DNA of 64,000 nucleotides from Collinsella sp. (GCA_019419585.1 DXZQ01000016.1:318-64317), one strand, 5' to 3'; shown: positions 19,602 through 29,396, numbered from the stretch's first letter. The notes: a model not told the origin generated them from the letters alone. A program made the numbers and translations.

Positions 19602-20525
19602 ATGCTCATTGCATTGCAGGGCGCCGTTTCGCAGGGCGTCCTCTGGGGCATTATGGTGCTTGGCGTGTTTATCACGTTCCGCCTGCTCGACATCCCCGAT
19701 ATGACCTGCGACGGCAGCTTTGCCCTCGGCGGCTGTGTCTGCGCCGTGCTCATCGTCAACAATAACGTCGACCCCTTGCTCGCCGTGCTGGCCGGCATGT
19801 GCGCCGGCGCCATCGCGGGCGCCGTCACGGGCATCTTGACCACCGTCTTTGAGATTCCCGCAATCCTCGCCGGAATCCTTACGCAGATCAGTCTGTGGTC
19901 CATCAACCTGCGCATCATGGGCAAGTCCAACACGCCCATCCTTGCCAAGGGCACCATCTTCTCATCCGTCAGCCACATGACGGGCCTGCCGCAGTCCACC
20001 GTTGCCATCATCCTGGGCATTGTGCTGGCCGTGGCCATCGTCGCCATCCTGTACTGGTTCTTTGGCACCGAGATCGGCTCGGCGCTGCGTGCCACCGGCA
20101 ACAACGAGTACATGATCCGCGCCCTGGGCGTCAACACCAACTCCACCAAGATGATCGCCCTCGTGCTCTCCAACGCCCTTATCGGCCTTTCGGGTGCACT
20201 CATCTGCCAGAGCCAAAAGTACGCCGACATTGGCATGGGCACCGGCGCCATCGTTATCGGTCTTGCCGCCATCGTCATCGGCGAGGTGCTCGGCCGTCTG
20301 CTGCCCGGCGGTCTGACGCAGTTTAGCGTCCGTCTTGCCTCTGCCGTCTTTGGCTCCGTGGTGTACTTCCTCATTCGCGCCATCGTGCTGCAGCTGGGCA
20401 TGGACGCCAACGACATGAAGCTGCTCTCCGCCGTGATCGTTGCCGTGGCCCTGTGCGTGCCCGTGGTTTGGGAGCGCTATAAGCTCCGCAGCTCCTACAC
20501 GAAGGGGGATGAGGCAGATGCTTAA
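19602..20525 (+). CDS. ABC transporter permease
   Basis: 307 aa and polytopic. AGGAGG lies 8 nt upstream, and its stop overlaps the ATPase start. Confidence 0.85.
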   Translation: MLIALQGAVSQGVLWGIMVLGVFITFRLLDIPDMTCDGSFALGGCVCAVLIVNNNVDPLLAVLAGMCAGAIAGAVTGILTTVFEIPAILAGILTQISLWSINLRIMGKSNTPILAKGTIFSSVSHMTGLPQSTVAIILGIVLAVAIVAILYWFFGTEIGSALRATGNNEYMIRALGVNTNSTKMIALVLSNALIGLSGALICQSQKYADIGMGTGAIVIGLAAIVIGEVLGRLLPGGLTQFSVRLASAVFGSVVYFLIRAIVLQLGMDANDMKLLSAVIVAVALCVPVVWERYKLRSSYTKGDEADA

Positions 20526-21312
20526 GCTCTCGCACGTCAAGAAGACCTTTAACAAGGGCACCGTCACCGAGAAGCGCGCGCTCACCGGCGTCGACCTCAC
20601 CCTCAACGATGGCGACTTTGTAACCGTGATTGGCGGCAACGGCGCCGGCAAGTCCACGCTGCTCAATATGATCGCCGGCGTGTATCCGCTCGATTCTGGT
20701 GTTATTGAGCTCGACGGCACCGACATCTCGCGTCTGAGCGAGTCGCAGCGCGCCAAGTACCTGGGCCGTGTGTTCCAGGACCCCATGCGCGGCACCGCAG
20801 CCGACATGCAAATTGCCGAAAACCTGGCCCTCGCCAAGCGCCGCGGCCAGCGTCGCGGTCTTTCGTGGGGCGTCACCAAGGCCGAGAAGGACGAGTACGT
20901 TGAACTGCTCAAGCGCCTGGACCTCGGTCTGGACACGCGTCTCAACGCCAAGGTCGGCCTGCTCTCGGGCGGCCAGCGCCAGGCACTCACCCTGCTGATG
21001 GCCACGCTCACCAAGCCGCGCCTGCTGCTGCTCGACGAGCACACGGCGGCCCTCGACCCCAAGACGGCCTCTAAGGTGCTCAACCTGACCGAGGAGATTG
21101 TCGACGAAAACCATCTGACCACGCTCATGGTTACGCACAACATGAATGACGCCATCCGTCTGGGCAACCGTCTGATCATGATGCACGAGGGCCATGTGAT
21201 CTACGACGTGGCCGGCGACGAGAAGAAGTCGCTCACCGTAGCCGACCTGCTGCAGAAGTTCGAGGAGGTCTCGGGCGGCGAGCTCGCCAACGACCGCATG
21301 CTGCTGAGCTAA
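20518..21312 (+). CDS. ABC transporter ATP-binding protein
   Basis: Trimmed to MLKLSHVKKTF... It has Walker A GGNGAGKST, signature LSGGQRQ and Walker B LLLLDEHTAALD. Confidence 0.92.
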   Translation: MLKLSHVKKTFNKGTVTEKRALTGVDLTLNDGDFVTVIGGNGAGKSTLLNMIAGVYPLDSGVIELDGTDISRLSESQRAKYLGRVFQDPMRGTAADMQIAENLALAKRRGQRRGLSWGVTKAEKDEYVELLKRLDLGLDTRLNAKVGLLSGGQRQALTLLMATLTKPRLLLLDEHTAALDPKTASKVLNLTEEIVDENHLTTLMVTHNMNDAIRLGNRLIMMHEGHVIYDVAGDEKKSLTVADLLQKFEEVSGGELANDRMLLS

Positions 21313-21351
21313 AACCTGCCAATAAGGGACAGGTTTATTTTGGCAGGTTTT
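21311..21351. repeat. Palindromic terminator-like element, copy 1 (inverted near-identical copy at 57535-57573)
   Basis: aaaacctgccaa-taagggacaggtttatt-ttggcaggtttt has 12-bp arms and abuts the ATPase stop. Confidence 0.85.
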
Positions 21352-21366
21352 ATCTGCGCAAACGTC

Positions 21367-21406
21367 AAAACCGCCGCAAAGGAACAGATACCTTTGCGAC
21401 GGTTTT
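21367..21406. repeat. Palindromic terminator-like element, related family member
   Basis: aaaaccgccgcaaagg-aacagata-cctttgcgacggtttt. Confidence 0.8.
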
Positions 21407-21574
21407 CGCATATCATGTCGATAATCCAGCGTCAGCAGGAACCACTGGTTAAGAACTAAGGAAACTGCCATGAGAAGACTCCTTCCCCGTCTTGCTTGAC
21501 CGCCGCACTCCTTGCCGGCGTGCTCGCCGGCGGCCCAGCTTACGCCACCGCGGCCACCCCATCTCAAGTTATCG

Positions 21575-21605
21575 GCCCGTCCGATGTGATCGGACGGGCT
21601 TTTTG
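21575..21605 (+). terminator. Strong intrinsic terminator 43 nt upstream of the MscS-family gene
   Basis: gcccgtccgat-gtg-atcggacgggc followed by TTTTT. Confidence 0.8.
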
Positions 21606-21647
21606 GTGGGTATCATGGTTGAATGATCATTAGGAGGTTTTCCCTAC

Positions 21648-22415
21648 ATGGAATTGTTTGAACCGATTCTTCATTTCTTTGAGCAGCGCTGGGTCCACAA
21701 CATCATCTGGGCCGTCATCTTGGTAATAGTCACCGCCATCGCCGCCAAGGTGGCATCCAAGACCCTGCGCCACCTACTCAACCGAGACGACAACCCGCTT
21801 CCCGCATCGAGCATCTTCATCAACATCGCGCGTGCCGTCATTTGGATGATCGGCGGCAGCTTTATCCTCGACAACTGCTTTGGCATTAACGCAAACGCGC
21901 TCGTCGCCGCTCTTGGCGTCGGCGGCATCGCTATCTCGCTCGGCTTTCAGGACACGCTATCAAACCTTATCGGCGGCATGCAAGTGACCTTTATGGGCAT
22001 CATCAAGCCCGGCGACAATATCGAGGTCGGCGGCGTGTCGGGCGTGGTCCAGGACATCACTTGGCGCCACACGACCATCGAGGACGCCTGCGGACAGACC
22101 ATCATCGTCCCCAACTCCAACATCTCCAAGAACACACTCGTGCACCTCATGCCCTTTGGACGCGTTGTCGTTCCCGTCGCGGTGAAGGACACGTCAAAGT
22201 GGGACTCGCTCGATGCGCTGGCAGACGAGCTCGCCTGTGCCACCAAGGTCGCCGTTTCACCCATCTCGGGCTTTGACAAGGAACCCTACGTGCTCTTTAG
22301 CGAGATCGGCGACTTTGGCATTAAGGGTAAGATCATCTTTATCGTCAGTGACGACAGCACCACCTTTACGGCAGCCGACGCCTGCATCCGCGCCATCGCC
22401 CCCATCATCGCCTAA
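21648..22415 (+). CDS. Mechanosensitive ion channel family protein (MscS-like)
   Basis: 255 aa with three TM segments, then GIAISLGFQDTLSNLIGGMQVTFMGIIKPGDNIEVGGVSGVVQDITWRHTTI (MscS pore helix plus beta domain). AGGAGG lies upstream. Confidence 0.88.
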   Translation: MELFEPILHFFEQRWVHNIIWAVILVIVTAIAAKVASKTLRHLLNRDDNPLPASSIFINIARAVIWMIGGSFILDNCFGINANALVAALGVGGIAISLGFQDTLSNLIGGMQVTFMGIIKPGDNIEVGGVSGVVQDITWRHTTIEDACGQTIIVPNSNISKNTLVHLMPFGRVVVPVAVKDTSKWDSLDALADELACATKVAVSPISGFDKEPYVLFSEIGDFGIKGKIIFIVSDDSTTFTAADACIRAIAPIIA

Positions 22416-22453
22416 AACCACCGCAAAGGGGACAGGCACCTTTGTGGTGGTTT
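22414..22453. repeat. Palindromic terminator-like element, family member
   Basis: aaaaccaccgcaaagg-ggacaggca-cctttgtggtggttt, directly after the mscS-like stop. Confidence 0.8.
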
Positions 22454-22509
22454 CGCATCGTGGTACCATGGTTCATATCGTTGTTTAAACGACTAAGGGA
22501 GTAGACACC

Positions 22510-24428
22510 ATGGAAGAGGCCTATCGTCAAGCGCGCAAGCGCGGCGAACAGGGACGCCGTCGCGCCATCAGCCAAAGCGAGCATCCATATCTTACGGACC
22601 TCGACAGCTTGGTCGCCCAGCTTCCCTGCGGGCAGCGCGAGAACATCGGCCTGCGGGACATTCCGCTCGAAATGGTCGTCGGCACGGTTACCAAAGGTCG
22701 CCAGTCCGCCTTTTCGTGTAACTTTATGCCGCTGCTCCCCTGGAATACCGAATTCGCCCGCAAATGGTCCAACCTCTACGATATCCAAATCTCCGAGGGC
22801 TACCGCGACCCCATCATCGTCACCGAGTTCATGCACCGCTTTTACTCCGAGAGGGCAACAAGCGTGTCAGCGTCCTCAAATTCCTTGACGCTCCGACGGT
22901 TTCGGCCAAGGTGACGCGTCTGTACCCCGGTAAGTGGGATTCCGTCGAGAGCCGCCTGTACGGTGAGTTTTGCGCCTTTTGGTACGTATGCCCCCTGTAC
23001 GAGATTGAGTTTTCGCGCGAGGGCAGCTACGAGATGCTTGCCAAAATGCTCGGCCAAGATCTTGTCGAAAAATGGCCTCAAAAGAAGGTCGACTACCTAC
23101 GTCACACCTTCCTGCTCTTTAAGCGCGCCTATCTTCGCGCGGGCGGCGACCACTTGGACATTACGCCTGCCGATGCCATGCTCGTCTACCTCAACGTCTA
23201 CAACCAGGACCGTCTGCTGGATACGCCGACGGATATCGTCGTCAACCGTCTGTGCAAGATTTGGCGCGAGCTTGTCATTGCCGGCAAAAGCGACGAGGAC
23301 AAAGTCGATCTTGTCGAAGCGCCGCAGCCCAACGAGAAAGAGGGCGCACCGACAAAAGCTACCTCGGGCGTGCTCAACTTCTTTATGAGCAAGACCGTCT
23401 ACTCCACTGCCAATCCCATGCGAATCGCCTTTATCCACGAGTTTCCCTGTGCCACGTCGAGCTGGGACAGCCTACACGACCAGGGCCGCCGGTATCTTGA
23501 TGAGCACTTTGGCGGCATCGTGCGCACCGAGGCGTTCGAGGACTGCCACGATTCGGACGTGTTCTACGCCGCCGTCGAGACAGCCGTAAAGCACGGGGCG
23601 AACGTCATCTTCTCGACCTCACACCGGCTCATGGAATACACGCTCAGGGCGTCAGTCGAGTATCCCCAGGTGCGGTTCCTTAACTGCTCAATCGGCCTTC
23701 CCCACCAAAGCGTCCGCTCGTACTTTGGAAAGATGTACGAGGCCAAGTTCCTACTGGGCGCCCTTGCCGCCAGCATGGCCGACAACCACCGTATTGGCTA
23801 CCATGCGTCGGTCTTCGCCTCGGGCGCGCTGAGCGAAATCAACGCCTTCGCTATCGGTGCCTCGCTGCTCGACCCTCGTGCGCAGATTATCCTCACTTGG
23901 GAAGATGTTCCCGCCGGCGGTCTTGCCGAAGCCATGTGTCGCGAGGGCGTGAGCGTCATGACCGGCGCTGACATGTCAAAGTCGCTCGAAGACCCCACGG
24001 CCTACGGACTCCACCGCCTGGTCGATGGCAAGGTCACCGGCATCGCCATGCCGGTATGGAACTGGGGCCGATACTACGAGCTTATCGTGCGAAGTCTGCT
24101 GCACGGCACCTGGGATGAGACCAGTGACGACAGCCAGGTTCGTGCCGTCAACTACTGGTATGGTATGAGCTCGGGCGTCATCGACATTCGCTACGCTCCG
24201 GGCCTGCCCTATCAGACGCGTAAGCTTGTTCAGCTGCTCCGCAATGGCATCGTCGAGGGCTCCATCAACCCCTTTGGCGGCGAGCTCCACAGCCAGAACG
24301 GCGTGGTACAGATCGAAGGCTTCCCTCCGCTGCCGAGCACGCAGATTGTCGAGATGAATTGGCTAGCGGACAACGTGGTAGGCACCATTCCGCAGCTCGA
24401 CGATGAGCCGAAAGTCCCTGTCCTATGA
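22510..24428 (+). pseudogene. ParB/Srx-like N-terminal domain fused to a BMP-family (periplasmic-binding-protein fold) domain; reading frame broken by a 1-nt shift at ~22845
   Basis: ORF 22510..22914 reads ...YRDPIIVTEFMHRFY, then nonsense. ORF 22764..24428 in the -1 phase continues (L)REGNKRVSVLKFLDAP... Joined, this gives the ParB/sulfiredoxin-type strand-Y-x-x-EGNKR motif. The C-terminal 350 aa (IAFIHEF...GANVIFSTSH...EYPQVRFLNCS...YEAKFLLGALAA...RIGYHASV) look BMP/PnrA-like. No signal peptide. Confidence 0.7.
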
Positions 24429-25135
24429 AAATCCTTGCCATAGCCGATACCGAAGAACGATGCCTTTGGGAGTGCTTTCGCAAGGAACGCTTTGAGGGCG
24501 TCGACCTGATTTTGTCCGCCGGCGATCTGGACCCGGACTATCTTGAGTTTTTGGTCACGGTCATCAACAAGCCGCTCATCTACGTGCGCGGCAACCACGA
24601 TGACCGCTACGCACGTCATGCACCGGGCGGCTGCATCTGTGTCGAAGACACCGTGTACGTGTATCGCGGCGTCCGCATTGCGGGGCTTGGCGGCTCCATG
24701 CGCTACCGAGATGGCGCCAACATGTACACCGAGCGCGAGATGGCCAAGCGCGTGCGCAAGCTGTCGCGTAAGGTTAGGATGGTCGGCGGGTGCGACATTC
24801 TGCTTACCCATGCACCCGCCGCCGGTATGGGCGACCTGGACGATCTGCCGCATCGAGGATTCGAATGCTTTAACACAGCGCTCGAGTCCTGGAATCCCGA
24901 CTATATGGTGCACGGGCATGTGCACCAATGCTATGGCCACGACTTTCAACGCGAACGTCAGCACGCATGTGGGGCAACGATCATCAACGCCTGCGGATAT
25001 ACGCAGTTTGAGCTGGATGAAGCGCGCTACCCCATCCGTGGCTGGCAGGCAGCCTGGCTCAATTCGCAAACCATGCGCCGCGAGCTCAAGCGCCATGAGG
25101 CCATCGAGTCCTCGACCGCTAGAACCCCCTGGTAA
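24425..25135 (+). CDS. Metallophosphoesterase (calcineurin-like)
   Basis: 236 aa with MKILAIADTEE, LILSAGDL, VRGNHDD, LLTHAP and GHVH motifs. Its ATG overlaps the upstream stop (ATGA). Confidence 0.88.
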   Translation: MKILAIADTEERCLWECFRKERFEGVDLILSAGDLDPDYLEFLVTVINKPLIYVRGNHDDRYARHAPGGCICVEDTVYVYRGVRIAGLGGSMRYRDGANMYTEREMAKRVRKLSRKVRMVGGCDILLTHAPAAGMGDLDDLPHRGFECFNTALESWNPDYMVHGHVHQCYGHDFQRERQHACGATIINACGYTQFELDEARYPIRGWQAAWLNSQTMRRELKRHEAIESSTARTPW

Positions 25136-25174
25136 CCATCACAAAGGGGACACTGTCCCCTTCGTGATGGTTTT
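25134..25174. repeat. Palindromic terminator-like element, family member
   Basis: aaccatcacaaagg-ggacactgtcc-ccttcgtgatggtttt, abutting the phosphoesterase stop. Confidence 0.8.
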
Positions 25175-25262
25175 GCCCCGAGATAGCAAGAAACCCGGTC
25201 CTGCGCAGGGCAGAACCGGGTCTCTTTAGCAATGCTTGCTTTGCTCAGGCAGTAACTGTTAG

Positions 25263-25970
25263 TTACTCAGCCAGGAAGTCGCGCTGGATAGCGGGATCGA
25301 CCTTGACGCCAGGGCCCATGGTGGAAGACACGGAGATGGACTTGACGTACTTGCCCTTAGCAGAAGAGGGCTTGACGCGCAGGATCTCGGTGTACAGGGC
25401 AGCGTAGTTCTCGACGAGCTGCTGCTCGGTGAAGGACTTCTTGCCCAGGGGCACGTGGCAGATGCCGTAGCGGTCGGCGCGGTACTCAACGCGGCCAGCC
25501 TTGAGCTCGGAGACCATCTTGGCGACGTCCATGGTCACGGTGCCGAGCTTGGGGTTCGGCATGAGGCCACGGGGACCAAGGATCTTACCGATGCGGCCAA
25601 CCTTGGCCATCATGTTCGGCGTAGCGATAGCGGCGTCGAAGTTGATCTCGCCCTTCTGGATCTGGGCGACGAGCTCGTCGGAACCGATGATGTCGGCGCC
25701 GGCAGCCTCGGCCTCGCGGGCCTTCTCGCCCTCGGCGAAGACGGCAACACGAACGGTCTTGCCGGTGCCGTGGGGCAGGGAGATGGAACCACGGATGTTC
25801 TGGTCAGCCTTACGAGTATCGATGCCCAGACGGAAGTGGGCCTCGACGGTCTCGTCGAACTTGGCGGTGTCGAGCTCCTTAATGAGCTTGGCAGCCTGAA
25901 GGGGGGTGTAGAGCGTGGCGCGATCGATCTTCTCGGCAGCGGCGTTATAGCTCTTACCATGCTTAGCCAT
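25263..25970 (-). CDS. rplA: 50S ribosomal protein L1
   Basis: [32 protein letters not shown]...[17 protein letters not shown]... The start was set at 25970 (AGGAGG 8 nt upstream). Confidence 0.95.
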   Translation of the reverse strand: MAKHGKSYNAAAEKIDRATLYTPLQAAKLIKELDTAKFDETVEAHFRLGIDTRKADQNIRGSISLPHGTGKTVRVAVFAEGEKAREAEAAGADIIGSDELVAQIQKGEINFDAAIATPNMMAKVGRIGKILGPRGLMPNPKLGTVTMDVAKMVSELKAGRVEYRADRYGICHVPLGKKSFTEQQLVENYAALYTEILRVKPSSAKGKYVKSISVSSTMGPGVKVDPAIQRDFLAE

Positions 25971-26087
25971 GTGCATTACCTCCTGTGGTTAAACGGGCGT
26001 GAGCCCTCCCACATCGTATCGTGTGCCCTATTGCACACATTTAACGGGCGCCCAGGTCGGAGCACCCGTCGTTACCATAAGAAATCG

Positions 26088-26516
26088 CTACTCAGCGATG
26101 GTGACGCCCATGGAACGGGCGGTACCGGCGATGATCTTCTTGGCGGCGTCAATGTCGTTGGCATTGAGGTCCGGCATCTTGATCTCGGCGATCTTGGTGA
26201 GCTGCTCCTGGGAGAGCTGACCAACCTTGTCGGCCTGGGGCTTAGCGGAACCAGACTTGAGGTTCAGCTCCTTCTTGATGAGGTGAGCCGCCGGCGGGGT
26301 CTTGGTGATGAAGGAGAAGGACTTATCCTCGTAGACAGAGATCTCAACGGGGATGATGTCGCCCTTCTTGTCCTGCGTCTCGGCGTTAAAGGCCTGGCAG
26401 AACTGCATGATGTTCACGCCAGCAGCGCCCAGAGCGGGGCCGACGGGAGGAGCGGGGTTAGCTGCACCAGCAGGAATCTGGAGCTTAATGACGTTGGCGA
26501 CCTTCTTCTCAGCCAT
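26088..26516 (-). CDS. rplK: 50S ribosomal protein L11
   Basis: [44 protein letters not shown]... The second ATG is preferred on RBS spacing; the ORF-track start at 26522 is possible. Confidence 0.95.
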   Translation of the reverse strand: MAEKKVANVIKLQIPAGAANPAPPVGPALGAAGVNIMQFCQAFNAETQDKKGDIIPVEISVYEDKSFSFITKTPPAAHLIKKELNLKSGSAKPQADKVGQLSQEQLTKIAEIKMPDLNANDIDAAKKIIAGTARSMGVTIAE

Positions 26517-26636
26517 GGTCATTCCTTTCGAATCACGAGTGTGAAGTACTTGCTATATCGTAAGCACGCACGTGTTAGAAGCACTCCTGAGATGAGCAGT
26601 CACAGAAGAAGCACGCTCGCGCGAACGGACGAAAAC

Positions 26637-27173
26637 TTAAGCGATGACAGCGACCTGGTTAAAGTCGAGCTCGACCGGCGTCTCGCGGCCAAAGATCATC
26701 AGCGTGACCTTGAGCTTGCCAGCCTCGGTGTTAACCTCGGAGACCTTGCCATCAAAGTCGGTAAGCGGGCCATCGGTGACGCGGACGGACGTGCCGACCT
26801 GAATATCAACCGAGGTGCGCTTGGGCGAATCGCCCTTACCGGGACGACGAGTCATCTTGTTATACTCGTCGCGAGAAAGCGGAGCGGGCTTGCCGTTGCC
26901 GCCTAGGAAACCGGTGACGCCGGGCGTGTTGCGAACACACGTCCAAGCATCGTCATCCATCTCCATGCGGACCAGGACATAACCCGGGAAGATCTTGGAA
27001 TCCTTGGTCTCGCGCTTGCCACCCTCTTTGATCTCGGTGACGCGCTCCATAGGAATCTCGATATCAAAGATACGGTCCTGCATGCCCATGGTCTCGATGC
27101 GATGCTCGAGATCGGACTTAACGCGGTTCTCGTATCCAGAGTAAGTGTGAACGACGTACCAACGCTTAGACAT
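26637..27173 (-). CDS. nusG: Transcription termination/antitermination factor NusG
   Basis: MSKRWYVVHTYSGYENRVKSDLEHRI... with a KOW segment GTSVRVTDGPLTDFDGKVSEV. Classic secE-nusG-rplK-rplA order. Confidence 0.95.
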   Translation of the reverse strand: MSKRWYVVHTYSGYENRVKSDLEHRIETMGMQDRIFDIEIPMERVTEIKEGGKRETKDSKIFPGYVLVRMEMDDDAWTCVRNTPGVTGFLGGNGKPAPLSRDEYNKMTRRPGKGDSPKRTSVDIQVGTSVRVTDGPLTDFDGKVSEVNTEAGKLKVTLMIFGRETPVELDFNQVAVIA

Positions 27174-27176
27174 GGT

Positions 27177-27515
27177 TTAGCCCCTCAATCCAGAGAACAG
27201 AGCAAGAGCCTCGCCAAAGCCAGCATCGAGCAGAGCGATGACGACGCCGACGACGATCAGAGAAGCGCAAACGACGACCGAGTAGTTCACAAGCTCCTTC
27301 TTATCGGGCCACGTGACACGCTTCATCTCGGACTTCACCGAAGCGAAATACTTCTTGGTGCGGGCGAAGAAACCAGGCTTCTCGTTCTTCTTGGACTTCG
27401 CAGCCTTCTCGTTCTTCTTGGCAACGGCCTTCTTGGCCTCAACCTTGGAGTTGGCGGCAGCGTTGTTGGCAGGTGCCGGCTGCTGAGCCTTCTTCTTGTT
27501 CTTCTTGTTGGCCAT
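27177..27515 (-). CDS. secE: Preprotein translocase subunit SecE
   Basis: 112 aa. A Lys-rich N-extension is followed by KKYFASVKSEMKRVTWPDKKELVNYSVVVCASLIVVGVVIALLD. GGAGGT lies upstream. Confidence 0.9.
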   Translation of the reverse strand: MANKKNKKKAQQPAPANNAAANSKVEAKKAVAKKNEKAAKSKKNEKPGFFARTKKYFASVKSEMKRVTWPDKKELVNYSVVVCASLIVVGVVIALLDAGFGEALALFSGLRG

Positions 27516-27554
27516 TTGGGTTACCTCCGCGCAATGCGCTTATACATGAGTAAA

Positions 27555-27582
27555 CCGTAAGCCCCCAATTGGGAGCTTACGG
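27555..27582 (-). terminator. Hairpin between tRNA-Trp and secE
   Basis: ccgtaagc(t)ccc-aatt-ggg(g)gcttacgg, then TTTACT on the minus strand. The U-tract is weak. Confidence 0.4.
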
Positions 27583-27591
27583 AATAATGAC

Positions 27592-27667
27592 TGGCACGCC
27601 AGGAAGGACTCGAACCCTCAACACTCGGTTTTGGAGACCGATGCTCTACCAATTGAACTACTGGCGT
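27592..27667 (-). tRNA. tRNA-Trp (anticodon CCA)
   Basis: The minus strand reads ACGCCAG...CATCGGT-CTCCAAA-ACCGAGT...GGTTCGAGTCC...CTGGCGTGCCA. The cloverleaf was checked by hand, 3' CCA is encoded, and the position upstream of secE is classic. Confidence 0.9.
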
Positions 27668-27680
27668 ATGTGACTAGAGA

Positions 27681-27830
27681 CTAGCGAGTCTCTTTGTGCA
27701 GCGTGTGGTGACGGCACCAGGGGCAATACTTCTTGATCTCCATACGATCAGGCATGGTCGACTTGTTCTTGGTGGTCGTATAGTTGCGGCGCTTGCACTC
27801 AGTGCACGCAAGAGTAACTAGAGTACGCAT
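27681..27830 (-). CDS. rpmG: 50S ribosomal protein L33
   Basis: Hand translation gives [49 protein letters not shown] (49 aa, CxxC...CxxC zinc ribbon). It is too short for the ORF track. Confidence 0.92.
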   Translation of the reverse strand: MRTLVTLACTECKRRNYTTTKNKSTMPDRMEIKKYCPWCRHHTLHKETR

Positions 27831-28043
27831 GTATCCTGAACCTTTCATTTCCGCCCCGTACGGGCACGAGTTGTTACTTTATCAGCTCCACGTAAGTGCT
27901 GTCAATGAAAACCTCGAGTCAATTGATTCTCGGTGGATCCATTCATATTTGGAACACATCAATGAAGCCATCGAGATCTAATCGACGGTGCATCCAGGAC
28001 CATTATCGATCCTCTCGACACCAGCAACGGCTGAATATCCATT

Positions 28044-28081
28044 GCAGAAAAGAACCCGGCACCCATATAAGTGCCGGGTTC
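28044..28081 (-). terminator. Intrinsic terminator after tuf
   Basis: gaacccggcac-N8-gtgccgggttc followed by TTTTCTG on the minus strand. Confidence 0.8.
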
Positions 28082-28109
28082 TCTAAGTCAGCTATATCAA
28101 AGAGCTAAT

Positions 28110-29300
28110 TTACTCAATGATCGTGGAGACGATGCCCGAACCGACGGTGTGGCCACCCTCGCGGATAGCGAAGCGCAGGCCCTCCTCCATGGCGATCGGG
28201 TGGATGAGGTCGCCCTCGATGGTGATGTGGTCACCAGGCATAGCCATCTCGGTGCCCTCGGGGAGCTTGACCGTACCGGTAACGTCGGTGGTACGGAAGT
28301 AGAACTGAGGACGATAACCATCGAAGAACGGGGTGTGACGGCCGCCCTCCTCCTTGGTCAGAACGTAGATCTCACCGGTGAACTTGGTGTGCGGGGTAAC
28401 CGAACCGGGCTTGCAGAGAACCTGGCCGCGCTCGATGTCCTCGCGCTTGATGCCGCGGAGCAGCAGACCGACGTTGTCGCCAGCCTCGCAGAAGTCCATG
28501 GACTTACGGAACATCTCGATACCGGTAACGACGGTGTTCTGGGTATCCTTGATGCCGACAATCTCGACGGGCTCGTTGAGCTTGAGCTCACCGCGCTCGA
28601 CACGGCCGGTAGCAACAGTACCACGGCCGGAGATGGTCATAACGTCCTCAACGGCCATCAGGAACGGGAGGTCGTTGTTACGAGCAGGCGTCGGGATGTA
28701 CTCGTCGACGGCGTTCATGAGCTCGCGGATAGCGTCCATCCACTTGGCGTCGCCCTCGAGAGCGCCCAGAGCGGAACCACGGATGACGGGGATGTCGTCG
28801 CCGGGGAAATCGTACTCGGAGAGGAGCTCACGGGTCTCCATCTCGACGAGGTCGATGAGCTCGTCATCGTCAACCATGTCGCACTTGTTCAGGAAGACGA
28901 CGATGTAAGGAACGCCAACCTGACGGGCGAGCAGGATGTGCTCGCGGGTCTGAGCCATGGGGCCGTCGGTAGCGGCGATGACCAGGATAGCGCCGTCCAT
29001 CTGAGCAGCACCGGAGATCATGTTCTTGACGTAGTCAGCGTGGCCCGGGCAGTCAACGTGAGCGTAGTGACGGGCAGCAGTCTCGTACTCGACGTGGGAG
29101 ACGGAGATCGTAATGCCGCGCTCGCGCTCCTCGGGAGCCTTGTCGATGTTCTCGAACGCAGTGAAGTCAGCCTTGCAGCCCTCGGTCTCGGAGAGAACCT
29201 TGGTGATGGCGGCGGTCAGCGTGGTCTTGCCGTGGTCGACGTGACCAATGGTGCCGATGTTAACATGCGGCTTAGTGCGCTCAAACTTCTCTTTGGCCAT
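28110..29300 (-). CDS. tuf: Elongation factor Tu
   Basis: Trimmed to [36 protein letters not shown]... at 29300 with GAGGAGGG upstream. About 396 aa. Confidence 0.97.
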   Translation of the reverse strand: MAKEKFERTKPHVNIGTIGHVDHGKTTLTAAITKVLSETEGCKADFTAFENIDKAPEERERGITISVSHVEYETAARHYAHVDCPGHADYVKNMISGAAQMDGAILVIAATDGPMAQTREHILLARQVGVPYIVVFLNKCDMVDDDELIDLVEMETRELLSEYDFPGDDIPVIRGSALGALEGDAKWMDAIRELMNAVDEYIPTPARNNDLPFLMAVEDVMTISGRGTVATGRVERGELKLNEPVEIVGIKDTQNTVVTGIEMFRKSMDFCEAGDNVGLLLRGIKREDIERGQVLCKPGSVTPHTKFTGEIYVLTKEEGGRHTPFFDGYRPQFYFRTTDVTGTVKLPEGTEMAMPGDHITIEGDLIHPIAMEEGLRFAIREGGHTVGSGIVSTIIE

Positions 29301-29396
29301 AAAGCCCTCCTCTAAACAGGTCGTCCCCGGACGGGACTTTGCCTTTATACCATAGTGGCCTCTCAACATACTATTGAGAAGCCACCGTGTTACCTA

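Noticed and set aside
27831-28109. ORFs 27784..27981(+) and 27896..28108(+) in the rpmG-tuf spacer
   Set aside because: The region is AT-rich intergenic DNA with no RBS, and the peptide sequences are implausible. One ORF overlaps the rpmG start on the opposite strand. The region more likely holds the rpmG promoter and the tuf terminator.
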